From sequence record NC_054931.1: a DNA stretch of 64,000 bases. One strand, written 5' to 3'. The stretch's first letter is position 1. Every line of letters begins with the position of its first letter. Made by a program: the position numbers and the translations under genes. Below, piece after piece: positions 39,910 through 49,529 of the stretch. The notes below the pieces were generated by a model. The model was not told where the DNA came from, made no database searches, and was given only the letters and a program-made list of their open reading frames with translations. This DNA is from Escherichia phage T2.

Positions 39910-40897
39910 TCAATCCAAGCTGGACGAAGTACATCTTACCATTTTAACTAATTCCTTTTTAATCAAAGAAGGATTATCTGCTTGAGTTAGAGTAATACCT
40001 TCACGAGAAGTTTCTTCCAAAATATCTTGAACAGTTAGCCCCATCACCTTTCCAAAATCCTTTGGACCAATTTCGCCAATTTTAGAAATAACGTTATTTA
40101 CACGGTTCAGTGTAACGTAACAAGCTAAAATTCCCACCAATTTGTTATCAGCTTCTGATAGTTCAACTTTAGCTTTAATAGGCTTATCAGACTTTTTCTT
40201 TTCACTAAATTTGGAATTCTTGCATTTAATTGCTACACGATTTCCATTATGAAGCCAAGAAGGATAACAAGGTTTCAATACATATCCTTCAGCAGTAAAT
40301 ACTTCGCCTTTTGCTTCGGCATTCCAAACGCATTTATTTGCATCAACTAATCCAGCATGGTCTACTGTAAAATTATAATCTTGGACGACAGAATCTAAAT
40401 CATTTGGCAATTTAATAAGCTCTTCAAATTTACCGCGACCTAAAAGTGGAGCAATTTTAAATTTAAATGTATTACAGAATGATTCCATCATATAATCATC
40501 AACATAAGTCACATCACCACTTTCTGTAGTGACAATAATGTCAAATACATAAAAATCTTTATCGCCATAATCAACATTCTTCTGAATGCCAGGTCCAGCG
40601 AATTCGCCAAAGACTTGATAAGATACAACCGCTGAGGTTTCCATAATATCTTGTACTGCTTTAATGGAATCAGCGTAATTCTTTAGAATAATTTCATACC
40701 CAAAGAAATCTTCAGCAGGAAGAATCGGTCCAGTACGTTTAGCACAAGTTACTTTATCACGCTCAATAATCAATGAGAAATTTGTGCCGTGAATCTTTTC
40801 ACGAGCTACCCATTCGCCGCCAGTCAATCCCAAGCTGTAAAGTTTTTCAATAAATTTAGAGTTGTAATGATTTTCAAGACTGCTACTTTTTAAACAT
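39910..40897 (-). pseudogene. rnlB: RNA ligase 2 (rnlB) with a frameshift at codons 5-6
   Basis: ATG at 40897 with GAGG Shine-Dalgarno reads MFKK then TAG; the remaining ORF (motif I EKIHGTN onward) is in another frame; ATG-to-body spacing is 2 nt short of a continuous frame. Confidence 0.75.
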
Positions 40898-40906
40898 AAT
40901 TAATCC

Positions 40907-41182
40907 TCAAAATGTAATTTCTAACCAATCACCATCACGCTGATCACTATTGACTTTAAAATTAAATCCTTCTTTTCTCAGCCAATCACCAATTTCTTCA
41001 GTAATCAATTTATCGCGAGCAGTATAATAACTAAAATATGTTTTACCTTGTTCAGCTGCTTTATTAGCAAGTTCCGAAAAATCTTTAATAAAACACTCTA
41101 GCTTAAACTGTTTACTTTTTAATGCTTTTTCGCGTAATTGATTAGCAAAAGATTCATTTTCATAAAGTTCATACTGTTCCAT
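40907..41182 (-). CDS. hypothetical protein (T4 24.2 position)
   Basis: 91-aa track ORF directly upstream of rnlB. Confidence 0.6.
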   Translation of the reverse strand: MEQYELYENESFANQLREKALKSKQFKLECFIKDFSELANKAAEQGKTYFSYYTARDKLITEEIGDWLRKEGFNFKVNSDQRDGDWLEITF

Positions 41183-41384
41183 TTTTCACCTTTTTATTGA
41201 TATGTCTTTTTCTATAGACAACTTTTTCTCGAGTTTCAAATTTATTCTTAGCAGTCATAGCTCGAGCCCATAATACAGCCACTTCTTTTGCATGTAAGTT
41301 TAATTCACGAGCAATTTCAATGAATGACTTTCCAGACTCATGAAGAGTAAACACCACAACCTCAGTTCTCATATTCAATCTCAT
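41169..41384 (-). CDS. hypothetical small protein with HTH-like segment (T4 24.3 position)
   Basis: 71-aa track ORF; SGKSFIEIARELNLHAKEV resembles a helix-turn-helix. Confidence 0.55.
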   Translation of the reverse strand: MRLNMRTEVVVFTLHESGKSFIEIARELNLHAKEVAVLWARAMTAKNKFETREKVVYRKRHINKKVKNGTV

Positions 41385-41439
41385 GTTATCGAGTTGGTGC
41401 CATTATATACATCATTTTCTGATTGTGTTTTGTGTGCTT

Positions 41440-41467
41440 TCAAAATGAAGAAAGGGGCCGAAGCCCC
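41440..41467 (-). terminator. minus-strand terminator after hoc
   Basis: Hairpin GGGGC-TTCG-GCCCC followed on the minus strand by TTTCTTCATTTT. Confidence 0.55.
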
Positions 41468-41473
41468 TTATGA

Positions 41474-42590
41474 TTATGGATAGGTATAGATGATACCAGT
41501 TTCTAAAGCAGTTTTATGAATGATGTATCCATTACGCGATTCTTGGACATCAACTTCTGGATAGTCTTTCATCATCTTCTGAAGAGTGTAACGATGCAGG
41601 TAGTATTTACTCTGGATCTTCAGTTTTCCAATCTTTACCTTCTTCAGTCATTTTTTGGATTTCATCCATAACCCACCAACCGCACCAGATGTAAGCTGAA
41701 GTACGATGTGGAAGAGGATGAACATAAGGTAATTCACCTTCTGGTTCTGGAGCAACTTTATCAGTTACCTGAACTTGACCTGTTGTTTTAACTGTTTTGC
41801 TATCATAATCAGTAGCAGTAACGACGGCAGTCACTTCAATAGTTTGACTTCCAACAGATGAAGTATCAACGGTATATACATTAGTTGACCCTTCTACAGG
41901 AGAAGAATCTTTCTTCCATGAATAAGTAATTTGCGCTTCTTCTGGAGCATCAGTAACATTAGCAGTAAATGTAGCCGAAGCATCTTGTTGAACGTTAATA
42001 GAAGGAGGAGTCAATGTAACCTGTGGATTCATTGTCTTCTTATTAACCGTTAATGACACTTCATTAGAAGTAACGCTTAGTGCATCATAATCTGTCGCGG
42101 TTACTTGAGCTACACACTTGATTTTTTAACTCCACTTGTAGTTGGAGTATAGCTAAATGTAGAGTTAGTTTCTCCACCAACTTGTGAATCATCTACATAC
42201 CACTGATACGTAGCAGATGCTCCATCAGGTTGAGAAGCTAAGGCAGCAGTAAATTGAACTGGGGTTCCGATTACTCCAGCGTCAGGGCTATTAGGAGTTA
42301 CAGCTAAGGTGGTCGTTTGTGTCTTATTTTGAACTGTGATAGTTGTAGTAGCTTCTGCTGTTTCAGCTTCAGCTTCTGGAATTGTATTTGTTGCAACTAC
42401 TTTAATAGTCTTTTGACCGGCAGGTATAACTAAAAGTTGCTTCAGCTCCATCTTGTGGAACATTATCTACGCTCCAAGCATAGGTAATAGTTCCACCTTC
42501 AGTTTGACCACTGGGTGCAGCAGTAAACTGCTTGGTTTCATCAATAACCCCTGTCGGTGTTTTAGGAGTTATATCAACTGTAAAAGTCAT
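41474..42590 (-). pseudogene. hoc: hoc (highly immunogenic outer capsid protein) disrupted by three frame changes
   Basis: Hoc sequence is recoverable as four consecutive pieces in different frames: MTFTVDITPKTPTG...ATFSY / AGQKTIKVVATNT...TPTTSGVK / KCVAQVTATDYD...WKTEDPE / YYLHRYTLQKMMKDYPEV...IIYTYP. Confidence 0.8.
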
Positions 42591-42599
42591 AAGTTATCC

Positions 42600-43280
42600 T
42601 TATTTTAATGTTACGAAAGAAGAATTGCGTGTTTCACGAATTAAAACTGATCCGTCGCGGTTAATGTAATAAATTAAGCTAAATAAAGTTTGGTGTGCTG
42701 ACGCATGTTCAAAACTAGTTGGGTGAGATTTCCAATCCGGAGTTTCAGCAATCCATTGATAAATCCACCAAGGAACAGTGCAGAATCCTGGATTTTTTCC
42801 AATCAGCTGAAGATTCGGACTAAAGTTTTCCGGAAGAGTAAATACAGACGGCTTTTCAGATTCAATAATCTCAGCTACAGCTTGTTCAAACTTTTCTTCA
42901 ACAAAAGGAGTATCTTCAATCAAAACATCGGTATTTTCAGGAATTTTATCCGTTTCTACTACTTCAATTTTAATGTCAGATTTAACCGGAGAATCAATCA
43001 GAAGTGCTGCTTCTGGATTGACTTCTTCATCGTCATATTTTAATCCCTCTGCGGCATCAGCAGCATCAATTAAGTCTTTAATAGATAACCCATCAGTCTC
43101 TGGCATAGGTTCACTAGCGAGCTTCTGGAGGGCTTCTTCAATATCAACAACGATATTATCAAAAGATTTATTCTTTTTGACCTTTATACCAAACTGTTCA
43201 GCATATTCAGCTAATTTAGCTTTAGCTTCTTTGTTATCATCAAGAGCCTTCAGCTCTGCAATATAATCTTTATCTATCAT
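42600..43280 (-). CDS. inh: inhibitor of prohead protease
   Basis: 226 aa, matches T4 Inh. Confidence 0.85.
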   Translation of the reverse strand: MIDKDYIAELKALDDNKEAKAKLAEYAEQFGIKVKKNKSFDNIVVDIEEALQKLASEPMPETDGLSIKDLIDAADAAEGLKYDDEEVNPEAALLIDSPVKSDIKIEVVETDKIPENTDVLIEDTPFVEEKFEQAVAEIIESEKPSVFTLPENFSPNLQLIGKNPGFCTVPWWIYQWIAETPDWKSHPTSFEHASAHQTLFSLIYYINRDGSVLIRETRNSSFVTLK

Positions 43281-43293
43281 AATATTTCCTCAG

Positions 43294-43301
43294 TATAAAT
43301 A
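43294..43301 (+). promoter_or_regulatory. late promoter TATAAATA (uvsW)
   Basis: Exact consensus ~30 bp upstream of uvsW ATG. Confidence 0.55.
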
Positions 43302-43330
43302 TAGATATATTTATTACATGGTATTTAGAC

Positions 43331-44842
43331 ATGACTGACATTAAAGTACATTTTTATGATTTTAGTCACGTGAGAATTGATTGTGAAGAAAGTACATTTC
43401 ATGAACTCCGTGATTTCTTTAGCTTTGAAGCTGATGGGTATCGTTTTAATCCGAAATACAAATATGGCCACTGGGATGGACGAATCCGTCTTTTAGATTA
43501 TAATCGTCTTCTTCCATTCGGCTTAGTCGGGCAAATTAAAAAGTTCTGTGATAATTTTGGCTATAAAGCCTGGATTGACCCACAAATTAACGAAAAAGAA
43601 GAATTATCAAGAAAAGATTTTGATGAATGGCTTTCTAAATTAGAAATCTATTCAGGAAATAAAAGAATCGAACCACACTGGTATCAAAAAGATGCAGTGT
43701 TCGAAGGATTAGTTAATCGTCGTAGAATTCTTAATCTTCCAACATCTGCAGGTAAATCTTTAATTCAAGCTTTGCTTGCGCGATATTATTTGGAAAATTA
43801 TGAAGGTAAAATTCTTATCATTGTTCCAACAACTGCTTTAACAACTCAGATGGCTGATGACTTTGTTGACTATCGTTTATTCAGTCATGCAATGATAAAG
43901 AAAATTGGTGGCGGAGCATCAAAAGATGATAAATATAAAAATGATGCACCAGTCGTTGTTGGTACATGGCAAACTGTAGTTAAACAACCGAAAGAATGGT
44001 TCTCACAGTTTGGAATGATGATGAATGATGAATGCCATCTTGCTACAGGAAAAAGTATTTCATCTATCATATCAGGTTTAAATAACTGCATGTTCAAATT
44101 CGGTTTGTCTGGTTCATTACGTGATGGCAAAGCTAATATCATGCAGTATGTTGGAATGTTTGGTGAAATATTTAAGCCAGTAACGACTTCTAAATTAATG
44201 GAAGATGGACAAGTAACTGAGCTAAAAATTAATAGTATTTTTCTTCGCTATCCAGATGAGTTCACTACTAAATTAAAGGGAAAAACTTACCAAGAAGAAA
44301 TAAAAATTATTACTGGGCTCAGTAAAAGAAATAAATGGATCGCTAAATTAGCTATTAAGCTTGCGCAAAAAGATGAAAACGCTTTTGTCATGTTTAAACA
44401 TGTATCGCATGGTAAAGCTATTTTCGATTTAATTAAAAATGAATACGATAAAGTTTATTACGTATCAGGGGAAGTTGATACCGAAACCCGCAATATAATG
44501 AAAACCTTAGCTGAAAATGGTAAAGGAATAATTATAGTAGCTAGTTATGGTGTATTTTCTACTGGTATTTCAGTTAAAAATCTGCATCACGTTGTTTTAG
44601 CGCACGGTGTTAAATCAAAAATCATTGTATTACAAACAATCGGTCGTGTATTACGTAAGCATGGTTCTAAGACAATAGCAACCGTCTGGGACCTCATAGA
44701 TGATTGTGGTGTTAAGCCAAAATCTGCTAATACGAAAAAGAAATATGTTCATTTGAACTATCTTTTAAAACACGGCATTGATCGTATTCAGCGCTACGCA
44801 GATGAAAAATTTAATTACGTAATGAAAACAGTTAATTTATAA
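43331..44842 (+). CDS. uvsW: UvsW RNA-DNA and DNA-DNA helicase
   Basis: 503 aa; Walker A PTSAGKS, DECH box; matches T4 UvsW. Confidence 0.95.
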   Translation: MTDIKVHFYDFSHVRIDCEESTFHELRDFFSFEADGYRFNPKYKYGHWDGRIRLLDYNRLLPFGLVGQIKKFCDNFGYKAWIDPQINEKEELSRKDFDEWLSKLEIYSGNKRIEPHWYQKDAVFEGLVNRRRILNLPTSAGKSLIQALLARYYLENYEGKILIIVPTTALTTQMADDFVDYRLFSHAMIKKIGGGASKDDKYKNDAPVVVGTWQTVVKQPKEWFSQFGMMMNDECHLATGKSISSIISGLNNCMFKFGLSGSLRDGKANIMQYVGMFGEIFKPVTTSKLMEDGQVTELKINSIFLRYPDEFTTKLKGKTYQEEIKIITGLSKRNKWIAKLAIKLAQKDENAFVMFKHVSHGKAIFDLIKNEYDKVYYVSGEVDTETRNIMKTLAENGKGIIIVASYGVFSTGISVKNLHHVVLAHGVKSKIIVLQTIGRVLRKHGSKTIATVWDLIDDCGVKPKSANTKKKYVHLNYLLKHGIDRIQRYADEKFNYVMKTVNL

Positions 44843-44867
44843 GGGCTTCGGCCCTTTGGAGAAAAAG

Positions 44868-45098
44868 ATGTTACTAGGATTTAAACAATTTCTTTATGAA
44901 GCTTCTATTGATGAATTTATGGGTAAAATTGCCTCTTGTCAAACATTAGAAGGTTTAGAAGAACTTGAAGCTTATTATAAGAAAAGAGTCAAAGAAACTG
45001 AATTAAAAGATACTGATGACATCTCTGTAAGAGATGCTTTGGCAGGAAAAAGAGCTGAATTAGAAGATTCAGACGATGAAGTAGAAGAAAGCTTTTAA
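44868..45098 (+). CDS. uvsW.1: UvsW.1 small acidic protein
   Basis: 76 aa from ATG at 44868 preceded by GGAG; track ORF begins at an upstream TTG. Confidence 0.8.
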   Translation: MLLGFKQFLYEASIDEFMGKIASCQTLEGLEELEAYYKKRVKETELKDTDDISVRDALAGKRAELEDSDDEVEESF

Positions 45099-45153
45099 AT
45101 TAAAAAAGGCCCAACCAAAAAGGAAGGGCCAAAACTATAGACTAAAGGTCACA

Positions 45154-45321
45154 CTATAGCAAAAGTTGTGTTTCATTTAATTGTTCTTCCGAACTTTCTG
45201 AAACTGGTAGTTCTTTAATGTAATTATAGCAAGGCCCAGGATGTACAGGACCTTTGTCTGTTTCAACAACCAATGCAGAATCGATTGGAGTTTTACAGAC
45301 AACACAAATCTTATCTGACAT
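45154..45321 (-). CDS. hypothetical small Cys-containing protein, 55 aa
   Basis: Minus-strand ORF MSDKICVVCKTPIDSALVVETDKGPVHPGPC...; below track size cutoff. Confidence 0.45.
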   Translation of the reverse strand: MSDKICVVCKTPIDSALVVETDKGPVHPGPCYNYIKELPVSESSEEQLNETQLLL

Positions 45322-45347
45322 GATTGTCTCCTCTGAATTATATCTAT

Positions 45348-45572
45348 TTATACAACTCTCATATGCATATCAATGCCCATATCTTTAGAATAAAAATATT
45401 CATCAAGATATCCGGCAAATTTTCCTTTAATATAAAGGACATCTTCACCACACGGGTGATCGGCCAGGATACGAATATCCTGACGCTTAAGATTATGCTT
45501 TTTCATTAAGAATTGAATCTCAGTTTCAAATTCTTCTTCATAATTAAAAGCATCATCAATGCTATATCTCAT
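45348..45572 (-). CDS. hypothetical protein, 74 aa (uvsY-adjacent)
   Basis: Track ORF; stop overlaps uvsY start. Confidence 0.6.
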   Translation of the reverse strand: MRYSIDDAFNYEEEFETEIQFLMKKHNLKRQDIRILADHPCGEDVLYIKGKFAGYLDEYFYSKDMGIDMHMRVV

Positions 45573-45985
45573 TATTTTCCAGCCTCAAATGCCCGCATGT
45601 CTTGAATATGCTTAATAGCAAATCCGCGTGATTTGATAGCATCAAGAGCTCCGCTACAGAAATCTAATAAAATCCCCCAATACTGTAACGAGGTATCAAC
45701 CTTTAAAACATCCTTATCCGCTGATAGAACTGTCTTCATTTCTGATTTCTCGTAACGATCCATACTAAATTCATCACCATCTCCTCGTCCCGAGTAGTAG
45801 TCTAATTTAGCTTTAAGAGCAACTTTTTTCTGTGCGTCAATTCTAAGCATTTCCTTTTTAATACTTGAATGCTTATTAAGCCATTTACTGTATAACATCA
45901 CATTATTAGCTGCTTCATACTGTAATTTAGTTGAATCTATAAACACATCTTTCTTCAATTCTTCTTGAAGATCTTCTAATCTCAT
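45572..45985 (-). CDS. uvsY: UvsY recombination mediator
   Basis: 137 aa, matches T4 UvsY. Confidence 0.95.
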   Translation of the reverse strand: MRLEDLQEELKKDVFIDSTKLQYEAANNVMLYSKWLNKHSSIKKEMLRIDAQKKVALKAKLDYYSGRGDGDEFSMDRYEKSEMKTVLSADKDVLKVDTSLQYWGILLDFCSGALDAIKSRGFAIKHIQDMRAFEAGK

Positions 45986-46051
45986 ATTGTTCTCTATTCA
46001 ATTGTTATTGGATGGACTTAGATTCATTATACCACGTTTTAACGTGAAGCA

Positions 46052-46450
46052 TTATACCCTATTACTCGAAGCCAGTTGCAGTTTTATCTGCTCAATATCA
46101 TCAGGGTTATCGATGACCGAAAAGCGTATTTCTACTATCAGAGTATAATCATCATAAACTGGTATCACATTAACTGATAATTTATCAATACGTGGCTCAT
46201 AGTTTCTTACTGCGCTTTCGATATTGCGCTCAACCGTGTCAGCAGTAAGAGGAGTCATATTTTCAAAAAGCTGATCTGATAAATCACATCCAAATTCAGG
46301 GTCAAACGGTCTTGAACCTTTTCTTGTTGTAATAATTCCCAAAAGACTGTTTTTAATTGACCTTAATCCAAGTGATCTGGAAACATCTTTGTTCCAATCC
46401 ATTTTCATTTCCGGGTCAATGTCAGAATAAAGCTTATTAATATTTGCCAT
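46052..46450 (-). CDS. 25: baseplate wedge protein gp25
   Basis: 132 aa, matches T4 gp25. Confidence 0.95.
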   Translation of the reverse strand: MANINKLYSDIDPEMKMDWNKDVSRSLGLRSIKNSLLGIITTRKGSRPFDPEFGCDLSDQLFENMTPLTADTVERNIESAVRNYEPRIDKLSVNVIPVYDDYTLIVEIRFSVIDNPDDIEQIKLQLASSNRV

Positions 46451-47076
46451 TATAGTAACTCAAAGAACTCTTTGAGGCCTCTTATTACATGAGCATGGGT
46501 TTTTCCACACTCTGGACATTTAATTGGAACAGCCAAATAAACGGTAGGCTTTAAAAGCATATCTTTTATAGCTACAATATCTGACTCTGTGATGATAGAA
46601 TATAAATCTTCTAGTTCTTTTTCATTTAAGTCTTCAACTGGAATGCTTTCACCGTTAGCATGAATCGTTTCTATGCATGATACTATCATGTGGGCTATAT
46701 TTTTATCATCAAAAATTTTAGGGTATCGGAATTTAATTTTAATGTCACCCAGTGTATACCAGAGGTCTTCTGGTGCATCTATTTGTGTATGTAATAGATT
46801 TATATGGGTTGGTATTTCAGTTCCACAGGTGCACTTCCAGGAGTTTTCGTGATTAACTTCTCCAAGAGAATGCGCCCATAAATGAATCAGCAATAGTTCT
46901 GATTCTTGGCGGTTTAAATCTTTTGCATTTGTGCAGTCTTTGATTAGCTTTTTAACAATTACTTCTACGGAACCATTATTTTTGGCAGTAATAAGTTCTA
47001 GATATTCTTTAAGCGTGAATGCGCGACAATTGATTATTTTAGAACCAACTCTCACATCAAATTTGTATTCATACAT
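46450..47076 (-). CDS. 26: baseplate hub protein gp26
   Basis: 208 aa, matches T4 gp26. Confidence 0.9.
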   Translation of the reverse strand: MYEYKFDVRVGSKIINCRAFTLKEYLELITAKNNGSVEVIVKKLIKDCTNAKDLNRQESELLLIHLWAHSLGEVNHENSWKCTCGTEIPTHINLLHTQIDAPEDLWYTLGDIKIKFRYPKIFDDKNIAHMIVSCIETIHANGESIPVEDLNEKELEDLYSIITESDIVAIKDMLLKPTVYLAVPIKCPECGKTHAHVIRGLKEFFELL

Positions 47077-47097
47077 ATTTAGCTCCTTTATTTATCA

Positions 47098-47109
47098 TAT
47101 TTATAAATA
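47098..47109. promoter_or_regulatory. back-to-back late promoters (TATTTATAAATA) for divergent genes 26 and 51
   Basis: TATAAATA on plus (47102-47109) and its reverse complement on minus (47098-47105) share the central bases. Confidence 0.55.
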
Positions 47110-47126
47110 GAATAAAAGGAGCATCT

Positions 47127-47876
47127 ATGGCAAACATTATTCGTTGTAAATTACCAGATGGTGTTCATCGTTTTAAACCATTTACGGTAGAAGATTATCG
47201 AGATTTTTTGTTAGTTCGAAACGATATAGAACATCGGTCACCACAAGAACAAAAAGAAATAATTACTGATTTAATTGATGATTATTTTGGAGACTATCCG
47301 AAGACTTGGCAACCATTTATATTTTTGCAGGTATTTGTAGGGTCAATAGGTAAAACTAAAGTACCGGTCACATTTGTATGTCCAAAATGTAAAAAAGAAA
47401 AGACAGTTCCATTTGAAATATATCAAAAAGAATTAAAGGAACCTGTTTTTGATGTAGCTAATGTTAAAATTAAATTAAAGTTTCCTTCTGAGTTTTATGA
47501 AAATAAAGCAAAGATGATTACTGAAAATATTCATTCTGTTCAAGTAGATGAAATATGGTATGATTGGAAGGAAATTAGTGAATCAAGCCAAATAGAACTT
47601 GTTGATGCCATCGAGATAGAAACATTAGAAAAAATTCTCGATGCAATGAATCCTATTAATTTAACTCTACATATGTCATGCTGTAATAAGTACATTAAAA
47701 AATACACTGATATAGTAGACGTGTTTAAGCTGTTAGTTAACCCAGATGAGATATTTACTTTTTATCAAATTAATCACACACTCGTAAAAAGTAATTATAG
47801 CTTAAATTCAATAATGAAAATGATTCCTGCCGAGCGCGGATTCGTATTAAAACTGATTGAGAAGGATAAACAATAA
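47127..47876 (+). CDS. 51: baseplate hub assembly catalyst gp51
   Basis: 249 aa, matches T4 gp51. Confidence 0.9.
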   Translation: MANIIRCKLPDGVHRFKPFTVEDYRDFLLVRNDIEHRSPQEQKEIITDLIDDYFGDYPKTWQPFIFLQVFVGSIGKTKVPVTFVCPKCKKEKTVPFEIYQKELKEPVFDVANVKIKLKFPSEFYENKAKMITENIHSVQVDEIWYDWKEISESSQIELVDAIEIETLEKILDAMNPINLTLHMSCCNKYIKKYTDIVDVFKLLVNPDEIFTFYQINHTLVKSNYSLNSIMKMIPAERGFVLKLIEKDKQ

Positions 47877-49051
47877 TGAGTATGTTGCAACGCCCCGGAT
47901 ATCCAAATCTCAGCGTTAAATTATTTGATAGCTACGACGCTTGGAGTAATAATAGATTTGTTGAATTAGCTGCTACTATTACCACATTAACTATGCGGGA
48001 TTCTCTTTATGGACGAAATGAAGGAATGCTGCAGTTTTATGATTCTAAAAACATCCATACAAAAATGGATGGAAATGAAATAATTCAGATTTCTGTAGCT
48101 AATGCAAATGATATTAATAATGTTAAAACACGAATTTATGGATGTAAGCATTTTTCCGTGTCAGTAGATTCAAAAGGTGATAACATCATTGCTATTGAAT
48201 TGGGAACTATTCATTCTATAGAAAATCTTAAATTTGGTAGACAATTTTTCCCTGATGCAGGTGAATCTATAAAAGAAATGCTTGGTGTCATTTATCAGGA
48301 TCGCACATTATTAACTCCAGCAATAAATGCTATAAATGCTTATGTTCCTGATATTCCATGGACTAGCACATTTGAAAACTATTTGTCATATGTAAGAGAA
48401 GTTGCTCTAGCTGTAGGAAGCGACAAATTTGTATTTGTATGGCAAGACATCATGGGAGTTAACATGATGGACTATGATATGATGATAAATCAAGAACCAT
48501 ATCCAATGATTGTCGGTGAGCCATCTTTAATAGGTCAATTCATCCAAGAATTAAAATATCCATTAGCATATGATTTCGTTTGGTTGACTAAATCGAATCC
48601 TTACAAACGTGATCCAATGAAAAATGCTACTATCTATGCTCATTCATTTTTAGATTCTTCACTGCCAATGATTACTACAGGAAAGGGTGAAAACTCTATT
48701 GTAGTGTCAAGATCAGGTGCTTATTCTGAAATGACTTATAGGAATGGATATGAAGAAGCTATTCGTCTTCAAACTATGGCACAATATGACGGTTATGCTA
48801 AATGTTCTACTGTCGGTAATTTTAACTTGACTCCTGGTGTTAAAATTATTTTTAATGATAGTAAAAACCAATTTAAAACAGAATTTTACGTTGATGAAGT
48901 TATCCATGAATTATCCAATAATAATTCAGTAACTCATCTATATATGTTCACTAATGCAACGAAACTGGAAACAATAGACCCAGTTAAGGTTAAAAATGAA
49001 TTTAAATCTGATACTACCACTGAAGAAAGTAGTTCTTCCAATAAGCAATAA
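47876..49051 (+). CDS. 27: baseplate hub protein gp27
   Basis: 391 aa, matches T4 gp27. Confidence 0.95.
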   Translation: MSMLQRPGYPNLSVKLFDSYDAWSNNRFVELAATITTLTMRDSLYGRNEGMLQFYDSKNIHTKMDGNEIIQISVANANDINNVKTRIYGCKHFSVSVDSKGDNIIAIELGTIHSIENLKFGRQFFPDAGESIKEMLGVIYQDRTLLTPAINAINAYVPDIPWTSTFENYLSYVREVALAVGSDKFVFVWQDIMGVNMMDYDMMINQEPYPMIVGEPSLIGQFIQELKYPLAYDFVWLTKSNPYKRDPMKNATIYAHSFLDSSLPMITTGKGENSIVVSRSGAYSEMTYRNGYEEAIRLQTMAQYDGYAKCSTVGNFNLTPGVKIIFNDSKNQFKTEFYVDEVIHELSNNNSVTHLYMFTNATKLETIDPVKVKNEFKSDTTTEESSSSNKQ

Positions 49052-49529
49052 AGAAGTTTCTATTCCTAAAATGGGTCTTAAACATTATAACATTTTAAAG
49101 GATGTTAAAGGTCCTGATGAAAATTTAAAACTTCTTATTGATTCTATTTGTCCGAATTTATCACCGGCAGAAGTTGATTTCGTTTCTATTCATTTATTGG
49201 AATTTAATGGAAAGATTAAATCTCGTAAAGAAATAGATGGCTATACTTATGACATTAATGATGTTTATGTATGCCAAAGATTAGAATTTCAATACCAAGG
49301 AAATACATTTTATTTTAGACCTCCTGGAAAATTTGAACAATTTTTAACGGTGAGCGATATGTTATCTAAATGCTTGCTTAAGGTCAACGATGAAGTTAAA
49401 GAAATTAATTTTCTTGAGATGCCAGCATTCGTTTTAAAATGGGCAAATGATATTTTTACAACTTTAGCAATTCCTGGCCCTAATGGTCCAATAACCGGAA
49501 TTGGCAATATTATTGGATTATTTGAATGA
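48996..49529 (+). CDS. 28: baseplate hub distal protein gp28
   Basis: 177 aa, matches T4 gp28; overlaps gene 27 end. Confidence 0.9.
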   Translation: MNLNLILPLKKVVLPISNKEVSIPKMGLKHYNILKDVKGPDENLKLLIDSICPNLSPAEVDFVSIHLLEFNGKIKSRKEIDGYTYDINDVYVCQRLEFQYQGNTFYFRPPGKFEQFLTVSDMLSKCLLKVNDEVKEINFLEMPAFVLKWANDIFTTLAIPGPNGPITGIGNIIGLFE

